Source: Laetmonice hystrix (lineage: Eukaryota). From it: a stretch of DNA of 64,000 nt. A program made the translations under genes and the position numbers. The DNA lies in the NCBI GenBank assembly GCA_965235115.1, contig OZ249436.1, forward strand, positions 36,520,001-36,584,000, read 5' to 3'. Position 1 is the stretch's first letter, and each line of letters begins with the position of its first letter. The notes beneath the pieces are model-generated. The model had not been told where the DNA came from and did no database searches. It saw only the letters and a list, made by a program, of their open reading frames with translations. This document shows positions 25,701 through 36,231 of this stretch, one piece after another.

Positions 25701-28700
25701 AGGCAGCGTCGCCCTGTTGTGTTGTAATCATGAATTACTGCCGCTTTATGTGGCAAAGAACCAGTGAAAGACATAGCGTAGCGCTAGGTGTTCTCACCCT
25801 TGAGAAATGAGGTTAGAATCAAGAATGACTTTTAAGAGGCCATTGACTAAAATCTTAAGGCATACCGGGTGGTGTGATAAATCCTCCACACCCCGCCTCC
25901 CAACAGCTCCCAGTGAATTCTTTCTTTCAATGTAGTTCCTTATTTGGTTTACGGTTCATCATATAACCAAAGAAAATCTGAGGTCTCCATTTACTACAAC
26001 CCAGGAAAATGTCTGATACCATTGTCATTTTACACTTTCTCTTAGTAAATAGAGACATACAAAGCAAAATAGCTATCTGCATGCAAAGTCTTCTCCTTTG
26101 GTTTAAAACCTTATTTTGTCGAGAACCTACATGTATAAGTTACAACAGTAATATACTTTGCTATTCAAATGTATGCCTGGGGATGCATGTTATGACATGA
26201 TTATACACAAGTGAAACAGTTTTTAGAGCATTCACCATCCTCAATGAGCCCAGGTGACAGGTTGATCGTAAGCAAGTTCTTTTTCCTTGTCCTTTATTGG
26301 GGACAGGAGGCGGGGGAATGCATCCCACATATTCATGACCATCTTTCTAACATCACATCATATGTATGCTGCATATCTTCTCAACACAATACACCATCAG
26401 TTATGAATATATCGACTACCTGACCTATCTTCATAATCTAATGCCCCATAGCGTGCTTTGTTGCTGCAATGGGTCATAGAAATCCCATTAACTGCTGCCC
26501 TGGAAGGTCGTAGGTCACTGACCTCCGACTCACCACTCCGAACCAATCAGTTCGAGAGACGCAGACCCCCAAATGAGGTGTGAGACACTGGGTTAATATC
26601 AAAGAAACAGGTGGAGGCTAGGATTCCAATAAAGTATGTATTTGTACGTCTTTTACACGTCTTCTATTATAATATCACCAAAGAAAGTAACCATAATATA
26701 CGTACACACATGTAATTAATCGAGATCAGAGTAAGTGTACAGACACTAAAAAATGGTCACACATTGACAGACCTAGCACCGATAACTGAAAATCAGCTAA
26801 AATAATGCATCTTGTTACAGGATTTCATCGACTGTGCTAATTGTACATGTCACTGCGGACAAGGTATATTATTAGCACTAAACACACTGCAACGAATGCG
26901 ATCTATAGGCGTCGATAGCCCCTGGAGAAGCATAAACCCGGAGGGGTACGCTTAAATTAGACACAGTTTGAGGATTTCAAACTTGTAAGTAACTGTTGTT
27001 CATTTAACCAGAATTATTGGATATACTGCCGTTTCTTTCATAATTATGCATAAATTCTGCACAACCAAAACAAATCTGATTTATACGGCGGAGAGACAAT
27101 AACGTCATTCTATATTAGATCAACGAGCCCATTCAAGCCACACACGTGTGCGTCATATGAAGTGACATAAACCAGCATGCTTCAATCTATTCTTGGAGGG
27201 CCATCTAAATAACAATGAAAAACGCTTTCAGCATCTAGCTGGAGGGGAGGAATGCCAAAACAATAGCTATGGAATCGCCCCAGACTGGCTATATATATGA
27301 AACAGCTGAACAAACTGATAAAGACTTGAGAACAAATCAAAACAACAGTCCAACTCTGTAGTGGATCTGCTCACCGGCTGTTGGACACTCCCATCGAAAG
27401 AAATTGTTTTCTTTCCATGTCTTGCTGAACAAACTGGTTCCAAAGCAAAGCTGTACAGCTTCAACTCAAGTGACCTTTGATAGAATTATTGTCTTGAGAG
27501 GGTCCATTAACATTTATCTCCTGAAATTGCTCCAGTGAACCTGGGATATAATGTATATGTCACGCCCGGCCCAAAATAGGGCCGGGCGCGATAGGGAATC
27601 TTCTTACACGAAAAATAGTCTTTAATTCATCAAAATCAGTCAAGGAAATCAAAAGTTTCGCCGTTTTTGGTGGAGCGAAGTATTTGTCTCATTTTACAGT
27701 GGCTAGTTCTAGCTGTCAGATAATGAGATCTGGCTTATGAACTAGGGTGTGACTTTGCTGCACTAAAAATGGCACAACTTTTGATTCGCTTGACTGATTT
27801 TGATGAAATAAATACTGTTTTGCATGTAAGAAGATTAAACATGTACTGGTAAACAAATGTATAAAACTCATTGTTCATTTCAATTTGACGACACCTAATT
27901 CCTAAATGATGTCATGTTGTTATTTTCAGTAAGAGGCCAAATTTGAATCATCAAAGGACATGAATATCCTGACACAGCTGTGCCTAGGAACACCAAACTC
28001 ATACTGGTGTCGGCCACATCCCATAATTTTCCAGGTACCATGTGAATCATGAATCGCAATTTGTCTTGACGAACGGGGACAACGCCGCCGGGATAAAAAC
28101 ACCTTTGTTTGCAAAAGGTGTCAGGGAAAAGGAAACCCATAAAGAATGCCATGAATTGAAATTACTTCCCCACGAGTCGAGTTGGCATGCTGTGAATATT
28201 GAGTAAACGTTCGCGTAAATTTATACAGACGGAAATTCGTGTTAGTTGACGTAAGTATGGAGTAGCTTTTAACAATGGTTTCCATTTAATAGCTCCATCA
28301 AACACCTGCACTTTCCTGCGAAGATGGATACCTTTCTAAAAATTCTGGTAGATGAATGAACTGTGTATTATTTTTTAAAGTTATATAGGACTCGTAATAT
28401 TACGACTGAACAGACTACAAATTGTGGCTATTAAATAAATCAGGGGTTACATTCTTTCAGGCTTCCTAAATAGGCTCCCTTCACCATGCTGGCCTCCTAG
28501 TAGCTTACAAAAGACCGATTCCGAAAGATTTGGGTCCGATACTTCTATCTTTAAAGGGGCATATTATGAGGAAACGTGAAAGATCGGTATTTCAAAGAAC
28601 TTTTCCTGTTTTCATAAAGAGATCCTTCATTATAATTGCTTGGTAAACAAAGACAGACTTATCAGTTTCATTTTGCGTGAGAAATCGAAGTTTATGAAGC

Positions 28701-31700
28701 TCCCTTGCCCACTTCTCTGCCGATTTCGTGAAATATTTTTTGGGTGGCATTCCGATGCCGGACGATCGAGTGCAACTGCTGAATTGTTTACAACTAAGCG
28801 AAGCATGTGAGTAAGCACAGGCAGAGAGTGCACACGCAGGATGTGACGCAGTACGCGATGACACGGGTTGATGAGAGGCTGTCTACCAAATTATGGCGGG
28901 AGATGTGCTATCGGGAGAAATCTATAGGTTTGGTCGTATAGAACCTACCTGTGCTGCATACGCAGCGAAAACACGTCAGAGGACAAAATGCTGTGGTAGG
29001 ATTATTTACTTGGATCCCTAGTACACGGTCATGTTGGACAATTGCCGGAAATCCTCCAAAACGTGTTCCATAGCATGCCCCTTTAACCTACTGAGTATTT
29101 ACAATGGTTATAAAACAACCCAGTGAAATCTACATGGTGGGGGTCCCCTATCTGATCACTGATTTCAAAGTTCAGCCAAACTGACCGGTATTTGGTATTT
29201 TGTTTACTGTCGTGACGAGGATGACCACTCCTAACGGGAGCACTCCTTCCGACAGCCGTGGACGACCATAGAACATGTATGTCTGTCCACTTGACCGTTA
29301 CACCAAGCCCATGATTATTGATATCATGGGGCGCATTCTTCTCACATACCATTCCATTAATGGGATGACCGTGTGCTCAACTTACGCATACAGTCCACTA
29401 CATGTACCTCACTACTGCCGCAAGTGTTTTATTGGCACATTACCTGGAGATAAAAACACCCACATATAAATCTTTCCGGATCTAAATGGCGACTTGCATT
29501 GCCCCAGGCATGTTCGATGTAACACTAACCGTACACTCGACCGTACACTTACCGTACACTCGAAGCTGTCCACTTGGGACAGAGCTATCTTAATTTATAA
29601 TGAAAACATTAATGTTAACCAAACCGATGAAGATTTGTAGCAATCCAAATTTGTGCTCCACACTTATCGACACACGGAGAAAATGATGACCGTTATCTAA
29701 CCCTTAAAGATAAAAAGCGTTGATATGGAATCAACAAAATCTGTCAAATACATGCCAATCAACATGGGGATTTATAATGACATATCTTTATGTAGAGAGG
29801 TGTATTTAGACCTGGCCGCGGTAACATGTTACTTTATTATGATCCAAGTGTGGAAGCCTGTTTGCTTTACTCGCCCATTGTAAGATTTTTTCTGACTGTT
29901 GCATTATTTCGCGAAACTTGAGGTGATTTACCTATTCACAGGTATGGCAATCCGTGACGGCAGTAGTGACAGAATCACTACCGGTCACTACAGAATCACT
30001 ACCGGTTTATGATCAATTTGAGAGCCAGATACGGTTATATTTAATGAGTGTGAGACTCAGCTGTAACTGTCATATCGTATAATTACAACGGTAAAAGTGG
30101 CAGTAGGCCTAACCATCTCTCATATTCTGATGTTTCTCTACCTCATCGACAACAGGTCAGTCTCAAACTTGCGGACACTGACGATTCGTCCCCTGTCTAT
30201 GTATGTCACTATGACGTTTACGCTGAGATGAAAACTCATATACAATTTTGTTTTTGTCTCTTATTGCAAACGTAGATTTTAAAAATCTTAGGTAAAAGAA
30301 AAGATGTTATAGCTACAAGTACTTGTCTCAACATCAATGGGAGAGTAGCGGTGGATAACTGTTGATCCGGGAGACTATTGTTATCTACATCAATGGGAGA
30401 GTAGCGGTGGATAACTGTTGATCTGGGAGACTTGTTATCTACATCAATAGGAGAGTAGCGGTGGATGACTGTTGATCCGGGAGACTTGTCTCAACATCAA
30501 TGGGAGAGTAGCGGTGGATAACTGTTGATCCGGGAGACTTGTTATCTACATCAATGGGAGAGTAGCGGTGGATAACTGTTGATCCGGGAGACTTGTCTCA
30601 ACATCAATGGGAGAGTAGCGGTGGATAACTGTTGATCCAGGAGATGTGTTATCTTCATACTGGACGTCATGTTCGTTCGTTTATTGGTAAAGTACTTAAT
30701 GTATGATCAATCAAACCAAACTAATCTGATCTAATTTGACGACGATATGATGAATCATACATCATATTTCGACAGTATCTGAAATCAATGATGCTCTGCC
30801 AACTTGAAATCTTTGATCAGCACTGCTGCAGTCCGGCATGCCTGGTGGCAAGGTCAGATCTCTGTAATCAATCCACTGGCACAGTACGAACGGTGGCCAG
30901 GTCAGCTGCTGACCGGTCATTGGTATTTAATCTAGTATGAAAACCCGTTCACTAAATCTGATAACTGCTCCTGTCGGCCTTCTAGTATATGGACCATGTA
31001 CTGTATTTAGGGAGGCAAAATAGTGCTTTAAGGAGGCAACAACAGAGTTTCTGAATTTTCGTTTTGGCTTGTAATTTGTGAGTCTTTGAACAACTGTTAT
31101 TCTTACCACCTTTCTGTCTCTAATATTTATAGAGGCATCAGTATCTAGATAATTCCGACAGCCAGGTGTTATTGTCAATATTATTTTCCCTGTGTTCTTA
31201 ACTTCCGAGGAACAAACTGCCTGGTGTAAAGAACATACATGTGTTAAATGGGGTAACCAACTGACCATGCGACCATGTACCCTTTTAGCCCAAGTTCATA
31301 GAATCTCAAAAGTACATGAATATCTCGCGAACACAGATTTAATCATCCGTTATTATAGAGTTATCAACACTCAACCTCAAAGCCCTGTTCTTCCATCTAC
31401 CGGTACATTCTCTGAAGATAACACTAATTCTGGCTATAGCCAACCGTATCATAGTTGATTTGCAGGACTTCACATAATTTTACGTGGATTCGCTAATCCT
31501 CAAACCCATAATCTTTAATCTCTGATTACTAAAGATAACTGTGACAAGGCAGCCATGGTGTGGACGCCCGTATATAGACACTAGTCGGGTGACAGGTGGC
31601 AATCGTGACGGACGATTCACAATCAACCTTTGTATGCAACATATCTACTTCACGTGACGCCAAATCGCAATCCATGACAATTCACAGCAAATAAAATGCG

Positions 31701-33966
31701 ACACTCAAATGAATAATGACGGGCACGGTCGACCATGCTCCATTTCCTACACATAACACAAGTTAGCACTAGAATTACAGATATTTGTTTTCTCTTCAAG
31801 TACAGTTAAAGTACGATATATTGGAGATTAATTATTCTCCTTGTCATGTCACTTGGGCCGTCTGTGTTATATTCGGTCTCCCTTAATGGGTTGTGGAGAA
31901 AGAGCTTTTAGCGTTATGGATGAGGTGGTGATCTTTTCACAACAAATAATGTAGGCTGTCTGGATATATATAATACCAGTATCATCAGTATTATGAATCA
32001 ACTACGCTTGATGTAAAGGCGTTTTCCCTTTTTTTTATTAATATTGCTCGATAGCATTTTTTAAGTCATGTTTTGAACAACAACAAGAACATTCCTCACA
32101 TGTCACACATGAACATGATATCACATTTTTTAAATCAAACTGCCGGTAATAAAGTCTAAAAGTACCCTCCAGTTATTAAATATTTTACCTCAAGCTCTGT
32201 AGATTTTGCCCCCTTGCGTATCTATGTCAATGCTATACCTTACACTAATACAAGGAAACCTTCTGTCAGTATTATCGTTTCAAATGCCGACGCCTTCCTT
32301 TGTGTAACAGAAAAATGCAGGCATGCACGCTCTTTACCCCGAGGGATTTCTTGAGGCAGTATGCAAGCTTGCAAACTTTGTGGGTTATAAAGTGGGCATC
32401 CGCCTCCTCCTCCTCATGTGGCGGTGGGAGTGGTTATAAAGTCTGGCAGCTGTAGGTGTCCCGACATGTGCGCCGGGCCGGTCGGCCTGTGTGACCGACC
32501 CGCACGCCCGCCAGCCAGCCGTGTGGTAAGGACAACCAACCACCTGTTGTATGTACTGGATCCTCCTGGTGGCCTGAAGGCCTTCCGCACTAAACCCAAC
32601 TCAAACAATCACAGGCCAAATACGCTACAATATCTGAATAGGCATCTTCACGGGAATATGACAGGAATGTCATTCTGGGCCACAGCGACCTGATTCTGTG
32701 TCAATATCCCTGAATGTGTGCGGAGAAAAATGTGGTGTGTTGACATAACAAGCGTTGGGTCAGCCTGCAACATTTGGGTGGAGGAAGGGGGGGGCATGTT
32801 ACTTCACGGTTCACCTTGGACTATACATTGTATATGACATCTGTATGTTCTGAATGTTTTCAGCAGGCTCTGCTCATCTACATGAGACTTTCTACCTTAA
32901 AAGTGGTGAATTCTAGCCCATGCACAGTCTGCAACATACAATGTTTCCAACCCCCTCTAATTAGCTACACACTGGTATGTAAATCTAGCCGCCTGAAGCT
33001 AAATTGAGTTCAGAAAGAATGAACATGAATATTAAAAAATGTCATTGGGGGCGACATATGCGAGATGAAGAACGGATTAAAGCGAAACGCTAACAGCACT
33101 GCATTCCACTGAAGTCTGTTCCTCGTCTCCCTGGTGGCTATGGAAGTGCATTTATGGTGTGCAATCTTGTGTAGAAAATTAACATGTTGGCCGCAGCTGC
33201 AGAATTATTACCCATGCTTGACTAACCAGGTCGGAATTGGAATCCCAATCTTCAGCCCTTATGATCTCAAGCACATGTAAACTGGTATAGTATTTCAACC
33301 ATTGCATCATAACTGTGAGTGCCAGTACCTGATGGCTAATAAAATATGATGCTAATAGTGCACTGAATCATGTCCCACATCTGTGGAACTACTTCAGCAG
33401 CAAGGAATACCCCACATTAACACAAGCATGCCCATGTGGTCCGAACATAAACACGCACTACATGTACCATGCAGACCTCCACATCACCTGTTGTCAAGTT
33501 GTACTAAACATAGCTTCGTACGAAAAGCTATACATGTAAACTCGTTCTCACACACAACAATGCTATTGTCGGGAAGTCTGTGATGAAGCGTACGGGACAA
33601 AGGCCCTGACCAAATAAAAGTTGTTGCTACCAGGTAACACAGGTAGATCTAAGGAATTCGCAGTGAAACCCTATAGGGTTTAAATACTTCATGCAGCATT
33701 GGGTTTACAATGTACTTTGATTTTGGGTCACAAGCAAGATGGGGCGGGGAGGCGGACACCAGTGGCCCATTCATGCAGTCAGTCCAAACTGCCTGCCGCC
33801 ATTCAATGCCATGGTTACGGATGAATGACATATTACCTGTTCAAGGATGCAACAAAGGCATTTTTCCCCCTACATATTATAACAATGCTTAACTTGCTAA
33901 AAAAAGTGTCCTACTTACATCTGTGGTGCTCCTGCGAAACTTGAACATCTTCTTCATCTTGGACAT
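1605..33966 (-). CDS. RAI14: Ankycorbin/UACA/ANKRD24-family (N-Ank) ankyrin-repeat protein, spliced; coding exons 33919-33966, 17424-17554, 13784-13872, 11693-11757, 11224-11352, 8298-8404, 7131-7225, 6797-6889, 6547-6596, 1605-1793; 3' end unresolved
   Basis: Manual splicing gives one continuous frame with GT-AG boundaries and matching phases: MSKMKKMFKFRRSTTD|LSEWNKNDEKLWVAVQSEDVDKIETLLTKKSIMATKFNPQGFTT|FNRAASSGKTEAVRIFLEQNIDVNAVDQTG|QTALHCACRNGQLAVVHQLLQ|ANSNISAVDHQDLTPLHHACMSGSLETVQLVLQNKGGVNAKDK|LGRTPIFVACRLGSQPICKELLDRGANINERDKDKK|SPLMFGAAHGHEAVCDQLVKGGANVLMTDNSG|HTAAWFAEEAGYTEIKKILDS... The EWNKND motif and the later APPPP motif match vertebrate RAI14 as I recall it ([24 protein letters not shown]...KRKAPPPP). 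The symbol denotes the family; this is probably a co-ortholog of several vertebrate paralogs. Confidence 0.88.
4253..4334. mobile_element. Mini inverted-repeat element (~80 bp)
   Basis: TAAAGGGGTC...GACCCCTTTA termini with internal CCGTCCG...CGGACGG symmetry. Confidence 0.45.
5369..5608. repeat. Minisatellite, 19-bp unit TCTCAGTCAGCCCTCAGTC, ~12 copies
   Basis: Direct inspection; accounts for the spurious Ser/Leu/Gln-rich ORF 5330-5626. Confidence 0.95.
6547..6596 (-). CDS. RAI14: N-Ank gene coding exon 9 (DQVTEKDDPPGPDGAEP), linker
   Basis: 50 bp, polypyrimidine tract plus gagcag (NAGNAG) acceptor, gtaagt donor, phase 1 to 0. Supported by splice signals and phase only. Confidence 0.7.
6797..6889 (-). 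CDS. RAI14: N-Ank gene coding exon 8 (GHTAAWFAEEAGYTEIKKILDSAPSRASWGL)
   Basis: 93 bp, tgctttag acceptor, gtatgc donor, phase 1 to 1; final (capping) ankyrin repeat. Confidence 0.87.
7131..7225 (-). CDS. RAI14: N-Ank gene coding exon 7 (SPLMFGAAHGHEAVCDQLVKGGANVLMTDNS)
   Basis: 95 bp, tgtttgcag acceptor, gtatgc donor, phase 2 to 1; ankyrin repeat. Confidence 0.9.
7223..7752. repeat. Minisatellite, 60-bp unit, ~9 copies, overlapping the exon-7 splice acceptor
   Basis: Unit GAGACCTGCAAACACAACCGATCTATAATACCGCCTGTATCATCTACACACATAACAGGT; one copy has a 4-bp deletion. Confidence 0.95.
8298..8404 (-). CDS. RAI14: N-Ank gene coding exon 6 (LGRTPIFVACRLGSQPICKELLDRGANINERDKDK)
   Basis: 107 bp, tgtttatag acceptor, gtaagt donor, phase 0 to 2; ankyrin repeat (GRTP...LLDRGANIN). 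Confidence 0.92.
11111..11172. repeat. Short tandem repeat, 20-bp unit x3
   Basis: AACACATTCCTGGCTGTTAA repeated three times, ~50 bp from the exon-5 donor. Confidence 0.85.
11224..11352 (-). CDS. RAI14: N-Ank gene coding exon 5 (ANSNISAVDHQDLTPLHHACMSGSLETVQLVLQNKGGVNAKDK)
   Basis: 129 bp, tgtttcag acceptor, gtgagg donor, phase 0 to 0; TPLH ankyrin consensus. Confidence 0.93.
11693..11757 (-). CDS. RAI14: N-Ank gene coding exon 4 (GQTALHCACRNGQLAVVHQLLQ)
   Basis: 65 bp, catttcag acceptor, gtaaaa donor, phase 1 to 0; G-x-TALH ankyrin consensus. Confidence 0.93.
12520..13765. repeat. Minisatellite, 42-bp unit (41-bp variant), ~29 copies
   Basis: Unit ACTCCGTTATTACCGTACCTGTGGTGTCACTCATACAGCCTA; ends ~20 bp from the exon-3 donor. 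Confidence 0.97.
13784..13872 (-). CDS. RAI14: N-Ank gene coding exon 3 (FNRAASSGKTEAVRIFLEQNIDVNAVDQT)
   Basis: 89 bp, tgtttcag acceptor, gtgagt donor, phase 2 to 1; ankyrin repeat sequence. Confidence 0.92.
15212..15303. mobile_element. Small palindromic MITE (PIF/Harbinger-like termini)
   Basis: GGGCCAGTTGCATGACTGTCCGTTCGTT...AACGAACGGACCGTCATGCAACTGGCCC, ~28-bp inverted repeats with one mismatch and CAG/CTG flanks. Confidence 0.65.
17424..17554 (-). CDS. RAI14: N-Ank gene coding exon 2 (LSEWNKNDEKLWVAVQSEDVDKIETLLTKKSIMATKFNPQGFT)
   Basis: 131 bp, catcttccag acceptor, gtgagt donor, phase 0 to 2; carries the EWNKND family motif. Confidence 0.92.
19605..19641. repeat. Perfect palindrome (18-bp arms, 1-nt centre)
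   Basis: ATCATAGACCTAGAGTAG-A-CTACTCTAGGTCTATGAT. Confidence 0.9.
27597..27836. mobile_element. Foldback/MITE-like element with ~85-bp imperfect inverted arms
   Basis: AATCTTCTTACACGAAAAATAGTCTTTAATTCATCAAAATCAGTCAAGG... is mirrored by ...CTTGACTGATTTTGATGAAATAAATACTGTTTTGCATGTAAGAAGATT. Confidence 0.75.
28555..29082. mobile_element. Non-autonomous DNA transposon (MITE) with TTAA target duplication, Kolobok-like termini
   Basis: TTAA|AGGGGCATATTATG...CATAGCATGCCCCT|TTAA; TTAA at 28551-28554 and 29083-29086; CpG-rich interior with no transposase. Confidence 0.72.
30321..30655. repeat. Minisatellite, ~54-bp unit, 6 copies
   Basis: Unit ACATCAATGGGAGAGTAGCGGTGGATAACTGTTGATCCGGGAGACTTGTTATCT, with TGTCTCA/TGTTATCT variants. 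Confidence 0.95.
33919..33966 (-). CDS. RAI14: N-Ank gene first coding exon (MSKMKKMFKFRRSTTD)
   Basis: ATG in good context (gcacaATG), an in-frame upstream stop, and a GAT|GTAAGT donor in phase 0. Basic/hydrophobic N-terminus resembles RAI14 [12 protein letters not shown]. Confidence 0.8.
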
Positions 33967-35273
33967 TGTGCCAGTAAACTTGTGAGGAGGTCCACTGGGC
34001 CTCCTGCCGACGCCCAGGTGGGAAGCAGAATATTTTCCTCTGTGTGGTGTCCTAAAGGTGTCGAGATCACCAACTGATCCAGGCACGGTAGTAATAATCC
34101 CAGGTATTGATGGAGATGCAGTCAGGTACTCTCACGTGGAGCATGCAGTAGTAGCACCTTCTGATCAGCTGTGGAGGAGTTCACAGGCTAGTCGTATAGT
34201 TGGCAACGTGCTGGTGCCGGGCTAGTAGGCACAGGTGAGGTGAATGGCGGGCTGGCGCTGTGTCACCCACTTTATCAGCGCTGTCAATGGAGTGGTGGTC
34301 TCGGCGCTGATGCATACCTGGGCAGAAATGACACGTGACTGTCATTCAGGAGTGGCCACTGATATCAGATACCGGGTGGCTTGACGTTGTATCTTCCACA
34401 CTCCCTCTGTTACTGGTGTAAGTCAGTGCCAAGGAGCCCATGCAGATCATAGTCACTCATGTTTACAAACACGGCCCACCAGATGGTTAGTATTAGAGAC
34501 CAGGGGAAGCAAATGTTAAAACTTTTGGACCCCTTCCAAAAACGGAACTGCCCTAAGGGCTCTGTCTTCATATAATTCTGACGATTTAGTGGCATGCTTA
34601 CAGGGAGCGGGGATGTATGCCAAACGGGTTTTGTTGCATTTCATTGTAATGGGAGGTAATCAGAGAACCCTCTGCCTGTTTTGGCAACACCCCGCTGACG
34701 TTCTGACTGGAAAACCACTGAACCCTGACCGTGCTCTGTGCTTATGAATATTCATCACCTCATGGCATCGGGCTCAGTTTGCTAGGCTTGGCTTAGCATA
34801 ATGTTTATTAATGCATACCACCGTAAACTGAGTAATAGAGCTAGGAAAAATCTACCAGTGGTCAGCTACCTTCAGATAAACGATATCAATTCAAAAAGTA
34901 GCCTGAAAAGAGAAAAATGGAAGACCACTTCTAAATCTAAAAAGAATATTTGCTCTTTCTATTGTACATAATATTGAGCATCGTACAGATTTTTTTACTT
35001 AGGCCTAATCATTTTTTTGCTAACTAGTGTCACACACCTGGGAACATTTTATGTCAGTCATGGTTTCGATTTACAGAGTAAACAAAACAAAATATGCTCG
35101 ATCTATAAAATAAAAAGGGATTATAGGATGTCACACCGACTTAAAAATGACGAAACTGATTAAAAATACATCTTAACCTACCGCATGGTTCTAGTTAATA
35201 AATCTTTAAATCATAAGAGTGCCAAAATATCAAGATACCCTATCTACCCACCGTGACAGTAATACCAGCGTAC

Positions 35274-36158
35274 GTCCATTGTCCTGCTCGACCACCAAAG
35301 CTCCTTTTTAAGGGGAGTGGCGGTGGCCCAGTGGGCATGGATGTCGACACCTTATGCTATGCGAATGGGTGCAGTAATCTTAGGGCCTGGGTTCGATTCC
35401 TGTAGAGGACTATACAACTTTTCTCTTTAGGGACATTGTCAAAGTAATTGGGTTACCCCTGATGCCCGTGCATTTCAAAAGAAAAATACAGTCTACGCCA
35501 GTGCCAGGATTACCTTAACGGTCAATGTTCGGTAGAAATCATGTGTAGCTCTAACTAGGAAAATATGGATTCCGTCTCATTTCAAAAAGATGTGTGTAGG
35601 GGGGAGGGTCCATTGTCCTGCTCGACCACCAAAGCTCCTTTTTAAGGGGAGTGGCGGTGGCCCAGTGGGCATGGATGTCGACACCTTATGCTATGCGAAT
35701 GGGTGCAGTAATCTTAGGGCCTGGGTTCGATTCCTGTAGAGGACTATACAACTTTTCTCTTTAGGGACATTGTCAAAGTAATTGGGTTACCCCTGATGCC
35801 CGTGCATTTCAAAAGAAAAATACAGTCTACGCCAGTGCCAGGATTACCTTAACGGTCAATGTTCGGTAGAAATCATGTGTAGCTCTAACTAGGAAAATAT
35901 GGATTCCGTCTCATTTCAAAAAGATGTGTGTAGGGGGGAGGGTCCATTGTCCTGCTCGACCACCAAAGCTCCTTTTTAAGGGGAGTGGCGGTGGCCCAGT
36001 GGGCATGGATGTCGACACCTTATGCTATGCGAATGGGTGCAGTAATCTTAGGGCCTGGGTTCGATTCCTGTAGAGGACTATACAACTTTTCTCTTTAGGG
36101 ACATTGTCAAAGTAATTGGGTTACCCCTGATGCCCGTGCATTTCAAAAGAAAAATACA
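35274..36158 (+). mobile_element. Perfect 334-bp-period A-B-A-B-A array with a tRNA-type Pol III promoter in each A unit (SINE-head-containing; possibly TRIM-like)
   Basis: A units at 35274-35490, 35608-35824 and 35942-36158; B units 117 bp. A box TGGCCCAGTGG at 35324-35334, B box GGTTCGATTCC at 35390-35400. The repeat is certain; the element class is inferred. Confidence 0.6.
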
Positions 36159-36231
36159 GTACCTAACACCTATTCCAAACTTGCCACAGTCTGATTACAT
36201 TCTACATAACATTTAAACTATCGGTACACTG

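Noticed and set aside
35312..35410. tRNA gene cluster (three copies)
   Set aside because: A and B boxes are present, but the acceptor and T stems do not pair and no anticodon arm can be drawn.
35455..35500. Hammerhead ribozyme (retrozyme) in the 334-bp unit: CTGATG...GAAA...GTC
   Set aside because: The core reads CTGATGC rather than CTGANGA, and stems I-III cannot be formed.
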